Shown here: piece by piece, positions 1 through 9,709 of the stretch
How the letters are laid out: every line of letters starts with the position of its first letter
Numbering within the stretch: the stretch's first letter is position 1
Source: an uncultured Spirochaetia bacterium
Lineage (GTDB): Bacteria; Spirochaetota; UBA4802; UBA5368
DNA: 64,000 bases
Direction: 5' to 3'
Assembly: GCA_937877025.1 (NCBI GenBank)
Contig: CALEGE010000002.1
Location: 41,189-105,188 of the forward strand
Program-made: the position numbers and the translations under genes
Notes under the pieces: model-generated
Database searches by the model: none
The model's input: the letters and a program-made list of their open reading frames with translations, nothing else
Told to the model about the DNA's origin: nothing

Positions 1-698
1 TCCAGGCCGGTTGAACGGCCGATCCAGTTACGCTGCATCACGATAACGCGCTCCGGCCATCCCTTCATCAATTCCTCGTGCCCTTTGAGGAGCTCGTCGG
101 AATAGTCCGTGATCTTGAAGAACCACTGCGCCAGTTCTTTCTGAGTAACGTTTGATTCACAACGCCAGCACTGGCCGTTTTCAACCTGTTCGTTCGCGAG
201 CACGGTCATGCACGAGGGACACCAGTTCACGGAGGCCTTTTTCTTGTACGCCAGCCCGCGCTCGTACATTTTGCTGAAAACCCACTGGTTCCATTTATAG
301 TAATTTTTTTTGTATGTAGCGATTTCCCTGGACCAGTCATATGAAACCCCCAGTTTTTTAAACTGCTGTTTCATGTAGCTGATATTGTCCTCTGTCCATT
401 TCAACGGCGGGATATTGCTCTTCATGGCGGCGTTTTCTGCGGGAAGGCCGAACGCGTCCCATCCGATAGGATGAAGCACATTATAGCCCTTCATCCTCAT
501 GTATCGCGCCATCAGGTCGCCGATAGAATAATTCCGCACGTGCCCCATGTGAAGGCGGCCGGATGGATATGGAAACATTTCCAGGAGATAATACTTTTTT
601 TTGTTGCGGTCAATGTTCGATATAAAAACCTTCTCATCATCCCATCTCTTCTGCCATTTCGGCTCAATTTCTTTAAAAGAATATTCTCGTTCGTCCAT
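1..698 (-). CDS. leuS: Leucine--tRNA ligase, 5' part (runs off window start)
   Basis: Manual translation from ATG at 698: [19 protein letters not shown]...[26 protein letters not shown] (HIGH-type HMGH), later [13 protein letters not shown] and [25 protein letters not shown] upstream. Absent from the ORF track because it is truncated. Confidence 0.97.
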   Translation of the reverse strand, partial: MDEREYSFKEIEPKWQKRWDDEKVFISNIDRNKKKYYLLEMFPYPSGRLHMGHVRNYSIGDLMARYMRMKGYNVLHPIGWDAFGLPAENAAMKSNIPPLKWTEDNISYMKQQFKKLGVSYDWSREIATYKKNYYKWNQWVFSKMYERGLAYKKKASVNWCPSCMTVLANEQVENGQCWRCESNVTQKELAQWFFKITDYSDELLKGHEELMKGWPERVIVMQRNWIGRSTGL

Positions 699-764
699 GC
701 GTCATCCCCTGTACTATCGATATGTACGCTGTTATTTTGCAATAACATCAAAAGTCAAGATATT

Positions 765-2579
765 TTACCCGCGCTTTCGGTGCTCATAATTAATCAGAAA
801 CTGATCTGTTTCCCATGTCGCCAGCATTTTATTATAGGCCTGAATAACATCACGGTAGGTCAATACGCCGGTAATAACCGGCGATGCGACGGATTTCACC
901 ACCGGTATCGTTTCAAGGTCGTACATTTCAATTTTTCGCATTGCCGATGAAACCGGCTCATCCTCGGTCACAACAGGGACCGTCGCGACCATATCCCCGG
1001 CGATAAGCAGATCGACGAGATCGTGCGAAATCAGGGCTTCGCGAATATCCTTAAGCGATATAACGCCCTGTATTTCATTTTTTTTATTCACGACAAACAC
1101 ATCACCGTATGTCGAATTCTTCAGAACTTCAAGAAGCCCTCGATACGGCGTATTGTGACTCACAACATCATAATCCGTTTTTTTCAGATCGCCGACATTA
1201 ATTTTTCCAAGTAAATCAAGCTCGCCCCTTTTTGTAATATCGATTCCGTCGTCAAGCAAGTGGAGTGTGTAGACGTTGCCCCTGTTGACATATGTCACCG
1301 CAAGGTACGAAATAATTGAAACGAACATCAGCGGCAGAATAAACCTGTAATCTCCGGTTACCTCGAACACAAGCAATATGGATGTAAGCGGAATTGAATT
1401 AATACCCGCCAGCACGCCGCCCATGCCCACAAGCGCAAAGCTCACCGGATCGAGGGTGGCATTAAACATGCCGTTAAGGGACACGGCAAAAACATATCCA
1501 AGAAGCACGCCCAGCATCAATGCGGGAGCAAATGTCCCCCCAAATGAACCGGCTTCGAGGAAAAGAGCCAGAAAGACCAGCTTCAAAAGCAGCAGCATAA
1601 AAACAGTCGACAATAAAAACTGGTGATTGAGCACCTGATTGATGGTGGTATAGCCGATCCCGTACAATTGCTGATATTTCAGCAACACCAGCCCGAATAC
1701 GATTGTGACCGGGATCAGCCGCACAAACTCATTTTTCCCGCCATACCTGCTGTCTATCACCCATTTGAAAAATCTGCGAAGCCGAAAATATGCCAGCGAG
1801 ATCACACCGCACAGTATGCCAAGCGCCAGAAAATACGGGATGTCGCCGATTGTCCCGGATACATACTGCGGGATAAGAAATACATGCCTCGCGCCCAGGA
1901 TCCAACGAGAAAGCACGTCCGCGACAACAGACGATATGATAAGCGCGCTCAATGCCTGATTCTTTAAATCGTTCAGCAGGATAACCTCGATACCAAAGAA
2001 AACACCTGCTATCGGCGCGTTAAATACCGCGGAAATCGCCGCACCGGCGCCGGCAACGGTATACATTTTCATATCGCGTCGATTCATTCTCACAATCTGC
2101 GCCACCAGAGACCCGGCGCCGCTGCCGACCTTTGCCGCCGGGCCTTCAGGCCCCAGCGGGGCCCCCGACCCGATTGAAATAATAGGCGCAATGAGGTGAA
2201 ACACCGTATTCTTCAACGGTATATATCCGCCGCGCAGTATAACCGCCTTTATAACGCTGATGACATCCCGTTCGGCGGCGATTTCGGGAAACGCACGCGT
2301 CATTGCCGCAACACACAGGCCGCCGATGACGGGAACGATAAATATCAAATTTATATCGGTACTGGTAAATAACGATCCGTGGATAAATTCGAATACACGC
2401 CGCATTCTCTCAAGGAGCGAATGGAAAAGAATGGCTCCCGCTCCGGCGAAAAGGCCGACGAGTGTTGAAAAAACAATATGCGCAATATACTTTGATATAT
2501 CCGATTGGAGATATCGCTCCTTCATTCTTTGCTGAAGAAGCGCACGTCTGCTTATTCCGCCGCGTGTAAAAAGGTCCAT
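765..2579 (-). CDS. ClC-family chloride channel/transporter with C-terminal CBS pair
   Basis: Multiple TM helices, GAPLGPEGP, AGAGAAISAVFNAPIAGVFFGIE, GGTFAP motifs; two CBS domains at the C-terminus. Confidence 0.92.
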   Translation of the reverse strand: MDLFTRGGISRRALLQQRMKERYLQSDISKYIAHIVFSTLVGLFAGAGAILFHSLLERMRRVFEFIHGSLFTSTDINLIFIVPVIGGLCVAAMTRAFPEIAAERDVISVIKAVILRGGYIPLKNTVFHLIAPIISIGSGAPLGPEGPAAKVGSGAGSLVAQIVRMNRRDMKMYTVAGAGAAISAVFNAPIAGVFFGIEVILLNDLKNQALSALIISSVVADVLSRWILGARHVFLIPQYVSGTIGDIPYFLALGILCGVISLAYFRLRRFFKWVIDSRYGGKNEFVRLIPVTIVFGLVLLKYQQLYGIGYTTINQVLNHQFLLSTVFMLLLLKLVFLALFLEAGSFGGTFAPALMLGVLLGYVFAVSLNGMFNATLDPVSFALVGMGGVLAGINSIPLTSILLVFEVTGDYRFILPLMFVSIISYLAVTYVNRGNVYTLHLLDDGIDITKRGELDLLGKINVGDLKKTDYDVVSHNTPYRGLLEVLKNSTYGDVFVVNKKNEIQGVISLKDIREALISHDLVDLLIAGDMVATVPVVTEDEPVSSAMRKIEMYDLETIPVVKSVASPVITGVLTYRDVIQAYNKMLATWETDQFLINYEHRKRG

Positions 2580-2581
2580 GT

Positions 2582-3049
2582 TTATTTTGGGGGCTCTTTT
2601 GAAAATACGCCGGTTATCTCGCCTAATGATTTCGCGTTAATAATCGCGTTTCGTACGCTTTCCTCGCGAAGGACGGACATTATTTCTGAAAGCAGCTTCA
2701 GGTAATCCTTGTGCTGCCGCTCGCCCGCGGCGACCAGTATCACGATATGAACCGGCTTTCCGTCCAGCGAATCAAAATTTATTCCGTTTTTAGAAACACC
2801 TACCGCAAACGCGATTTCCTTCACAGATTTGATCTTGGCATGCGGTATGGCAAGACCGAAGCCAATCCCCGTGCTCATAATCTCTTCCCGTTCAATGAGC
2901 GCATCGACAAGTTCTTCTGTATTGGTGCACACGGGGCTGTCAGAAAAGACCGCCGCAAGCTCCTCAATCGCCTTATATTTATTTCTCGAACGAAGCCGTC
3001 GTATGTATCGAATGTCCGTATAGTCCTGAAGCATTTTCATTATCCTCAC
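2582..3049 (-). CDS. PTS IIA-like (Ntr/fructose-type) regulatory protein
   Basis: EREEIMSTGIGFGLAIPHAK with the phospho-His, and FDSLDGKPVH; typical PTS_EIIA_2 domain. Confidence 0.92.
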   Translation of the reverse strand: MRIMKMLQDYTDIRYIRRLRSRNKYKAIEELAAVFSDSPVCTNTEELVDALIEREEIMSTGIGFGLAIPHAKIKSVKEIAFAVGVSKNGINFDSLDGKPVHIVILVAAGERQHKDYLKLLSEIMSVLREESVRNAIINAKSLGEITGVFSKEPPK

Positions 3050-3299
3050 CCTGCAGTATGTTTACGCGTATTCAGCAGCCGTATGCCCGGCCGCCGGATC
3101 ATGCTGAATTTTTTATCCGGATAGTGATACGGCTATCCTGAATAATGAGCAGCACGGCCAGTCTTTCGCATAGTATCGTAATGAAACAATTATTTTGGCA
3201 AATGAAAAAATATTTGAGCGTATCTTTTGATGCAGTTATCGTTGTATAATGCAAGCTTTCACAGATCCACACAATCATGGAGAAAAAGAGGAGAAAAAA

Positions 3300-3620
3300 A
3301 TGGCCGATTACACCGCAATATTGTGTACCTGTCCTTCAAAAGAAGTTGCCTGTAAAATCGCCGATGTGCTGGTTCCCGCCGGATTGGCCGCATGCGTCAA
3401 CATCATCACCTCACTCATCTCGGTGTACCGCTGGAAAGGCGATATATGCCGGGATGAGGAATGTCTTGTAATAATAAAAAGCACACAGGAAAATTTCGAG
3501 GATATCAGGAAGGCCATACTGACAGTGCATCCCTATGAGGTCCCGGAGATAATATCACTCCCCATCTCGTCGGGGCATGAGCCTTATTTGCGCTGGATAG
3601 ATGAATGCACCGCCATATAA
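3300..3620 (+). CDS. cutA: Divalent-cation tolerance protein CutA
   Basis: LAACVNI, SVYRWKG, HPYEVPEI motifs; GAGGAG RBS before ATG 3300. Confidence 0.93.
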   Translation: MADYTAILCTCPSKEVACKIADVLVPAGLAACVNIITSLISVYRWKGDICRDEECLVIIKSTQENFEDIRKAILTVHPYEVPEIISLPISSGHEPYLRWIDECTAI

Positions 3621-3634
3621 CATGCGCTGGCATG

Positions 3635-3943
3635 TTATATGGATTTTAAAAGCCGATCCCAGGATGTGCTTCTTTTAACTTTGAACAGGCCTTTTTTCTT
3701 TTTGCTCGTTTCCACTATTGCGTGAGTGACTGTACGCGCGATTTTCTCCGAGCTTGAATCCATCGCGTCAACCTTGCTGAGTAAAATTCTCAGCAAATGC
3801 ACGATATATTCATCGCGCGTATTCATTATATCAACCAGTTCTTTGTGTCGCTGCTCAATTTCCTTCTTTAAACCTTGTTCCACTTCTTTCAATTTGGCAA
3901 TCGTTGTAAAATCGAGAACCCTCTCGCCATCATTTTCCATCAT
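3635..3943 (-). CDS. Hypothetical coiled-coil protein
   Basis: 102-aa ORF filling the gap, charged helical composition, basic C-terminus. Confidence 0.6.
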   Translation of the reverse strand: MMENDGERVLDFTTIAKLKEVEQGLKKEIEQRHKELVDIMNTRDEYIVHLLRILLSKVDAMDSSSEKIARTVTHAIVETSKKKKGLFKVKRSTSWDRLLKSI

Positions 3944-4101
3944 GCTAACCTGCTTGTATGCAATAATCTGTTGATAGTTACTATACCATTATTGCTACAA
4001 ATTAACCAATAAAATTGTTACTATGTAAATATTTATGATGGCTGGCGGTCAGTTTGAATGACATGGTCGTTCGTATGGCATCCCAAGAAATGCCGATATC
4101 G

Positions 4102-5250
4102 TCAGATCGCCGCAAGTTCCCGTATGGCGCCAAGCGCATACGATACATCATCCATGCGTGAAAAATAGCCCGGGCTGAATCGAATCGTGCCATCAGGGAA
4201 CGTTCCGATCGTTGCATGCGCCGCGGGGCTGCAATGCAGCCCTATCCGGCAGAGAATTCCGAAATTCTCATCCAGCATCCTTCCTGCCTCGGCAGGCGGT
4301 ATGGCATCTATTGTGAACGAGACTGTCGATAACTGTCGCTCCAAAAGCCCGCTGCTGTAGACGCATACGCCGGGGATCTCTTCGAGTCCCCGGATAAGCG
4401 CATCGGCAAGCGCCACATCTTTTTCCCGTATCGTTTCGACGCCATGTCCCATGACAAACTCAATCCCCGCGGCAAGGCCCGCAATGCCGACAGTATTGAG
4501 GGTTCCGCTTTCAAACCTGTCGGGAAGAAAGTCAGGCTGTATTTCATATTCAGACCGGCTGCCCGTTCCCCCATATTTCAGCGGCGTGATCGCAGCAGCA
4601 TCAATCCTGTCTCCCAGCACAAGCCCGCCGGTCCCCTGAGGTCCATACAGGGCCTTATGACCTGTAAACGCCAGCAGGTCAATGCAATCGGCTTGCATAT
4701 CCAGCCTGGCGCATCCCGCCGTTTGCGCCGAATCAACAAGAAACAGCGCACCCGCATCGCGTGCAAGTTTACCGATTTCAGGAAGCGGCTGCAGGCATCC
4801 GTTTACATTCGATCCGTGGTTGAGCACAACAAGCGACGTTGTATATTTGAGGGATTTCCGTACATCATCCGGATCAACAAATCCCCGGGGAGCACACGGC
4901 ACAAAGGTCAGTCTCACGCCGCCCTTTTCGAGGGCACGAAGGGGGCGCATAACCGAATTGTGCTCCATCCCCGAGGTAATTACATGATCACCGGGCCGCA
5001 GCAGCCCAAAAAGCGCCAGATTCAGAGCTTCCGTGGCATTTGCGGTAAACGCGATCCTCATCGGATCGACGGCATTGAATAGCTGGGCTATTTTTTCCCG
5101 TGCATCATACACAATTCTCGCCGCCTCGACGGAAAGGCGATGCCCCGACCTGCCAGGATTGGCGCCGACATTGCTCATAAACCGGACCATCGCCTCAGCC
5201 ACCGAAGGGGGCTTCGGGAAAGACGTTGCCGCATTATCGAAATAGATCAT
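4102..5250 (-). CDS. Cysteine desulfurase / selenocysteine lyase-like PLP enzyme (aminotransferase class V)
   Basis: MIYFDNAATSFPKP, ANPGRSGH, EHNSV, FTGHKALYGPQG (PLP Lys), RIGLHCSP (catalytic Cys). Confidence 0.93.
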   Translation of the reverse strand: MIYFDNAATSFPKPPSVAEAMVRFMSNVGANPGRSGHRLSVEAARIVYDAREKIAQLFNAVDPMRIAFTANATEALNLALFGLLRPGDHVITSGMEHNSVMRPLRALEKGGVRLTFVPCAPRGFVDPDDVRKSLKYTTSLVVLNHGSNVNGCLQPLPEIGKLARDAGALFLVDSAQTAGCARLDMQADCIDLLAFTGHKALYGPQGTGGLVLGDRIDAAAITPLKYGGTGSRSEYEIQPDFLPDRFESGTLNTVGIAGLAAGIEFVMGHGVETIREKDVALADALIRGLEEIPGVCVYSSGLLERQLSTVSFTIDAIPPAEAGRMLDENFGILCRIGLHCSPAAHATIGTFPDGTIRFSPGYFSRMDDVSYALGAIRELAAI

Positions 5251-5310
5251 TGGTATCCCCCGATGCTGTTACCGCTATTAGCCGGGAACTGCGTCAACAA
5301 TGCACCGCTC

Positions 5311-5526
5311 TTACTCTCTGGTAAGCGTCAATTCATATTCATCGGCGGTTTGAAGAAGTTCGATCTTCCAACCCTTCTTTTCCGCCAGCCGGGTAATGTT
5401 ATCGCGAGCAGTTGCCGAATCAACACGCACACGTATCGTACCACTACCGAGCGAATCCATCACTTTTTTCGTTTCAAATACGGGCTGCGGACACGAGAGC
5501 CCGCGCACATCGAGATACTCTGCCAT
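5311..5526 (-). CDS. TusA/SirA (YedF-like) sulfur/selenium carrier
   Basis: LDVRGLSCPQPV (CPxP) motif, about 71 aa. Confidence 0.9.
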   Translation of the reverse strand: MAEYLDVRGLSCPQPVFETKKVMDSLGSGTIRVRVDSATARDNITRLAEKKGWKIELLQTADEYELTLTRE

Positions 5527-5542
5527 ATCACTCACTCTCCTT

Positions 5543-6646
5543 CTACGCCTTCTGGCGCATTGTAACTCCTATCACGCTGCACACAATAAGCCCGGTCACG
5601 ACCGCGGCGGGCCCCCAGAGCCCCGGACCGGCAGTTGAACTTGCGGTCGCGAAATTATGCGCAAATCCAGCGCCGGCAATCATACCAATGACAAATATCG
5701 CCGCATCGCCATCCCCTTCTCCGCTGAGAAACAGCTGCCTTCCCGGGCACCCTCCCGCAAGCGCAAACGCAAGTCCGGCAAGCATCATGCCCGCGAAATT
5801 CCAGAGGTAGTTCGCATGGGCAATCGGCTGGTTTAGAAATCCGGGATGGAACTGGTGAAACACGATGTTAACCGCAAATGCGCCGGCAACCAGTGCAATA
5901 ACGCCCGACAGCAAATGCCCGTCCCTTATGAGTATAATATCCCTTACCGCTCCCATTGTGCAGAACCGCGAGCGTTGTGCGAAGAATCCTATGGCAACCG
6001 CGATGCCGAGCGATATGAATACAGGGGCGTGTTGCGAACCCGGACCTTTGACGCTAAAAAATGGAGCGAATTTTTCCGGTTCCGCATATGCAAGGCTTTT
6101 TGGCGCGCCCCAGTATATATTGCCAAGCAACAGCAGAAGCAGCCCGGCCATAATGGCAGGCAGTATCCATCCTGCTATCGCACGCGTGCGGCTGCTAGCG
6201 CCGAGCGTGTACCCATTTTTGATAAACAGCACCCCTGCCCAGATTCCAGCGAGCAATCCGGCAATCCCCACTATCGCGTTACCATCGCCTCCAGCAAGCC
6301 TGAGGAATGCCCGCCACGGGCATCCAAGGAAAACCAGCGCCCCGATCATGGCAAAAAAACCCAGAACAAAACGCACCATCGGGGCCGACCCCGCGCGGGG
6401 TCGAAACTCCCTGAAAAACAACGAAGCCGCAAATGCTCCGAACACCAACCCGATTATCTCGGGCCTGATGTACTGCACAACCGACGCCCGGTGAAATCCG
6501 AGCGCACCGGCAATATCGCGCTCCATGCATGCAACACAGATTCCCATATTCGCGGGATTCCCAAGCTTCTGCAGCAATGACGCCGCGCCGCCGATAAATA
6601 AACCGGTAAAGATAATCCCCGTTCGTGATGCAAAAAATTTCGTCAT
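5543..6646 (-). CDS. yedE: YedE/YeeE-family membrane protein, selenium-metabolism-associated type
   Basis: GNPANMGICVACMERDIAGALG, LGCPWR, QRSRFCTMG, GGCPGRQ motifs; about 9 TM helices. Confidence 0.88.
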   Translation of the reverse strand: MTKFFASRTGIIFTGLFIGGAASLLQKLGNPANMGICVACMERDIAGALGFHRASVVQYIRPEIIGLVFGAFAASLFFREFRPRAGSAPMVRFVLGFFAMIGALVFLGCPWRAFLRLAGGDGNAIVGIAGLLAGIWAGVLFIKNGYTLGASSRTRAIAGWILPAIMAGLLLLLLGNIYWGAPKSLAYAEPEKFAPFFSVKGPGSQHAPVFISLGIAVAIGFFAQRSRFCTMGAVRDIILIRDGHLLSGVIALVAGAFAVNIVFHQFHPGFLNQPIAHANYLWNFAGMMLAGLAFALAGGCPGRQLFLSGEGDGDAAIFVIGMIAGAGFAHNFATASSTAGPGLWGPAAVVTGLIVCSVIGVTMRQKA

Positions 6647-6835
6647 CCGATCCCCTCGCTCCTCCAGCTCTCATCCAGTAATGTATGCATACTTCGTATG
6701 CCAATACTGACATACGATATTTTAATATCAACTATTAATATTATAGATTTTATATATAGATATAATGAATTGGTTTCCGCCTGTTCTTTAGCAGAAGTCC
6801 CGAATCGCATACCGGCACGCCGCGCAATAAAATTC

Positions 6836-6864
6836 TTGACGAATGCTTTACTGCGCGGTAATAA
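6836..6864 (+). promoter_or_regulatory. Putative sigma70 promoter for the small cytochrome gene
   Basis: TTGACG-17 bp-TAATAA, about 45 bp upstream of ATG 6908. Confidence 0.45.
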
Positions 6865-6907
6865 ATATTTCTATATTCCACTTATATTTCAAGAAGGAGC
6901 CCTTGGT

Positions 6908-7141
6908 ATGAAAAAAACATTTTTCGCGTTTTTTATGGTAGCACTGTTCACTGCCACGTCTGTCATGGCAAACCCTCAGATACAGGCAAAGCATAAAGGC
7001 CTTAAGAAAGACGGCAAAATGATCAATTGCACATATTGCCACACCACGGCGAAGATCGAGAAAAAGAAAGGCTATAACATTAACAACGCAAACAAAAACG
7101 CGCTCTGCATGGGCTCGGGCTGCCATCCTGTTAAGAAATAG
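6908..7141 (+). CDS. Small secreted c-type cytochrome (77 aa; CxxCH plus CxxxxCH)
   Basis: AAGGAG RBS; signal peptide MKKTFFAFFMVALFTATSVMA; CTYCH and CMGSGCH; Lys-rich. Confidence 0.75.
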   Translation: MKKTFFAFFMVALFTATSVMANPQIQAKHKGLKKDGKMINCTYCHTTAKIEKKKGYNINNANKNALCMGSGCHPVKK

Positions 7142-7201
7142 CATCGTGCCGGTGTGAACCATTATTTGCCGCACAACAGCCATACTTCATATGACACAGA
7201 G

Positions 7202-7241
7202 AAATCAAAAAAGCATGTTCTTGGGCATGCTTTTTTGATTT
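7202..7241 (+). terminator. Rho-independent terminator (bidirectional form)
   Basis: AAATCAAAAAAGCATGT..GCATGCTTTTTTGATTT long inverted repeat with T tract. Confidence 0.8.
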
Positions 7242-7298
7242 GAAGTCACTACATTCGCAACAGTATATACTCACAATTACATTATCGAGTTCATTTAT

Positions 7299-8396
7299 AT
7301 GCCAGGCATTCAAACACATATACAATTATTTACCGATGCAATGAACGCCGTGAAAAGTGATAAAAATCCCGGCAGGGGTACCCGGTCGCTCGAAATTCTA
7401 TTTGCGACGCCCCTGTTTGCACGTGCCGGATATTTCGGCTGTCTTGGACCCGATGTAATCGACTATCTGCCCCTCATGAAGAAAAAGAGCTTTTTTGGTA
7501 CTGCATTGAATAAGGATTTGCACTCGGCCCGGCTTGCCGAATCCCTTCGGATGATGCTGACAAGGGTTCTCCATGCAAGCGATCCTGTTAACGAATGGAG
7601 CGCTGCACAACGCGCATTTGTCTATGGCTACGTTTCCCATATTGTAACCGACGCTGTGTTCCATCCATTTATATACTACTGGGCCGGGTTTCCGGATACC
7701 GATATCGATAAAGAAGTAATGCTCTTTCGGGAGCAATTTTTGTTACTTGAATATACCATCGACGCATATTTCACTCACTTTTATAAAAAGAAACCGGTTA
7801 AAACCGATCTGAAATCCCTGTTTCCCATCGTTACATACGGGAAAGGGCGGCGAGGGCTTCACCCCTCCATCGCCGGAATGCTGTACGATCTCCTGATATT
7901 TTTGGACCATGAAATCGGCGACACATTTTTTTTTAGAATGCGCCACGGAACTACCGGCAACCAGCCCGCGCCTCCCACATGCATCAGGATGCTGCCGTAC
8001 ATAATCGACTCTGCGTTCAGGCTGAAAACAAGCAATAACCGATATTACAAAAAGATCGTCGACAGACTCCGCAAGAAAAAACTGCTGTTCCCCGATTACA
8101 CAGTACGGTATCCGGAACCAAAAAGGATAAACCGGCATGTGCTCAACCTTCACCGGGAGCGATGGTTTTACCCCGCCGGCGCTCCCGGCCTGCATTATGA
8201 ATCCGTCGAAGATCTCTACAAAATCGCGCAGAACAGCATCGTTGCCGCATGGGACAAACTTGAATCGGCAGCATGCTCATCTTCAAGGGAAATCGCGCCA
8301 CTTCTGCACGAGATTGCGGTCGATGCGCTTACCGGTGAAATCGGGAAACAACCGCATGAAATGCATGTGAAAAACCCCGTAAAACCGAGGTTGTGA
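7299..8396 (+). CDS. Zinc-dependent phospholipase C-family protein
   Basis: MPxxxTH N-terminus, GCLGPD, GYVSHIVTDAVFHPFIY motifs. Confidence 0.75.
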   Translation: MPGIQTHIQLFTDAMNAVKSDKNPGRGTRSLEILFATPLFARAGYFGCLGPDVIDYLPLMKKKSFFGTALNKDLHSARLAESLRMMLTRVLHASDPVNEWSAAQRAFVYGYVSHIVTDAVFHPFIYYWAGFPDTDIDKEVMLFREQFLLLEYTIDAYFTHFYKKKPVKTDLKSLFPIVTYGKGRRGLHPSIAGMLYDLLIFLDHEIGDTFFFRMRHGTTGNQPAPPTCIRMLPYIIDSAFRLKTSNNRYYKKIVDRLRKKKLLFPDYTVRYPEPKRINRHVLNLHRERWFYPAGAPGLHYESVEDLYKIAQNSIVAAWDKLESAACSSSREIAPLLHEIAVDALTGEIGKQPHEMHVKNPVKPRL

Positions 8397-8400
8397 TCTT

Positions 8401-9507
8401 TTATTTCAGATTTTTCACAACCGCCTGGAAATGCATGCGCGACATTTTTTGAAGATCCCCGGGGGGTATGTTTTTCAACAGCGAGGGATTATCTATCAGC
8501 TCTTTTTTGCCGTACTCACCGGCAACGAATTTTATATAATTCATCGCCGCAATCCAGTGAGGATTGGTCATGCTGTAATCAAGATAACTGTATAAAACCG
8601 AAAGGCCGAGGTATACATTCGTGTAGATGGTGCAGCTGAGAGCAAGCTCTTCGCCGGTTACCTGATCATAATAATTATAATGATTGTTCAATATTTTGTG
8701 CGTCAGCTCATGTATCTCGAACAGTTTTAAAATCTCATTTTTTATGGATTTTTTGCCGTCAAACGCACGCAAAAGACAATATTTAATATCATCTCCGACA
8801 CGCGCGCCGACAAAAAACATTGAGTCGACATTTTCCCCTCTCAGTATTTTTTTCGCGATGATATAATCATTCTGAACCTCGTCAGGATTAATATATATCA
8901 TATCGAAATAGAACGTGGAATTGCTGGTGGAGAACTCGTCATAATAGATATACGGAATTATATTATATATTTTCTCGTTCACATTGAACAGCGGGTGCGA
9001 GATACTGAGCGGCTTGCGCGAGCCGTAAATACAGTAATCAAGAACGATGCGTTCCGAGCCGGAGCTTTTCTCGCGCGAAAAACGGAGTATTATATTTCTC
9101 TTTTCAAGTGAATCCTGAAGCAAAAGAAGCGTTTTATCGTCAATTTTCTTTGGATGTAAATACACTGTCAGCATCATTTCCGCCAGCCGGTAAAGCAGCG
9201 GATCCCTGATGCCACGCACATATTCCCGGTACTCCCCGATATGGAATCCTTCTTTTTGCATTAAATCGACAGGGATACTGTGCTCTTGAATTATGTTCAC
9301 AAAATGGGGATTTTCATTATAGAGGAGCACGATATAGGCGTAAAGCTTACCGTTTGTTGAACGTATGTTTACATAATTATTCTGATGTTCCAGTCCCGTC
9401 AATTCCTGGCCGCCGTTTTCCGCGTAAAGGATTGCAGGAGCCGGGACGAAAAACGCCATCAGGATTATCAGAATACACATATGCTGCATACAGGAAAGAA
9501 ACTTCAT
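8401..9507 (-). CDS. Secreted hypothetical protein with HExxH motif
   Basis: Signal peptide; FEIHELTHKIL followed by GEELA. Confidence 0.65.
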   Translation of the reverse strand: MKFLSCMQHMCILIILMAFFVPAPAILYAENGGQELTGLEHQNNYVNIRSTNGKLYAYIVLLYNENPHFVNIIQEHSIPVDLMQKEGFHIGEYREYVRGIRDPLLYRLAEMMLTVYLHPKKIDDKTLLLLQDSLEKRNIILRFSREKSSGSERIVLDYCIYGSRKPLSISHPLFNVNEKIYNIIPYIYYDEFSTSNSTFYFDMIYINPDEVQNDYIIAKKILRGENVDSMFFVGARVGDDIKYCLLRAFDGKKSIKNEILKLFEIHELTHKILNNHYNYYDQVTGEELALSCTIYTNVYLGLSVLYSYLDYSMTNPHWIAAMNYIKFVAGEYGKKELIDNPSLLKNIPPGDLQKMSRMHFQAVVKNLK

Positions 9508-9709
9508 AGCTTTGCTCTATATATCCTTCTTTTTAGAAAAAGAATTGTATCGCTATGGCCACCGGGGGTACACCAATCACTCACACATCCCGCATCCTCT
9601 ACATATGCGAAGGGCTGCTATTAGCATACATCTATTCTTTTTTACAACTACAATTTATACGCACTCCACTCAAAAAACAACCACCGGAGAAGCCTCGACG
9701 GGAAGACCG

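Noticed and set aside
471..950. Short ORFs at the window start
   Set aside because: Overlap leuS and the ClC gene, which explain the region.
6698..6907. N-terminal extension of the cytochrome ORF
   Set aside because: Promoter, RBS and signal peptide all point to ATG 6908.
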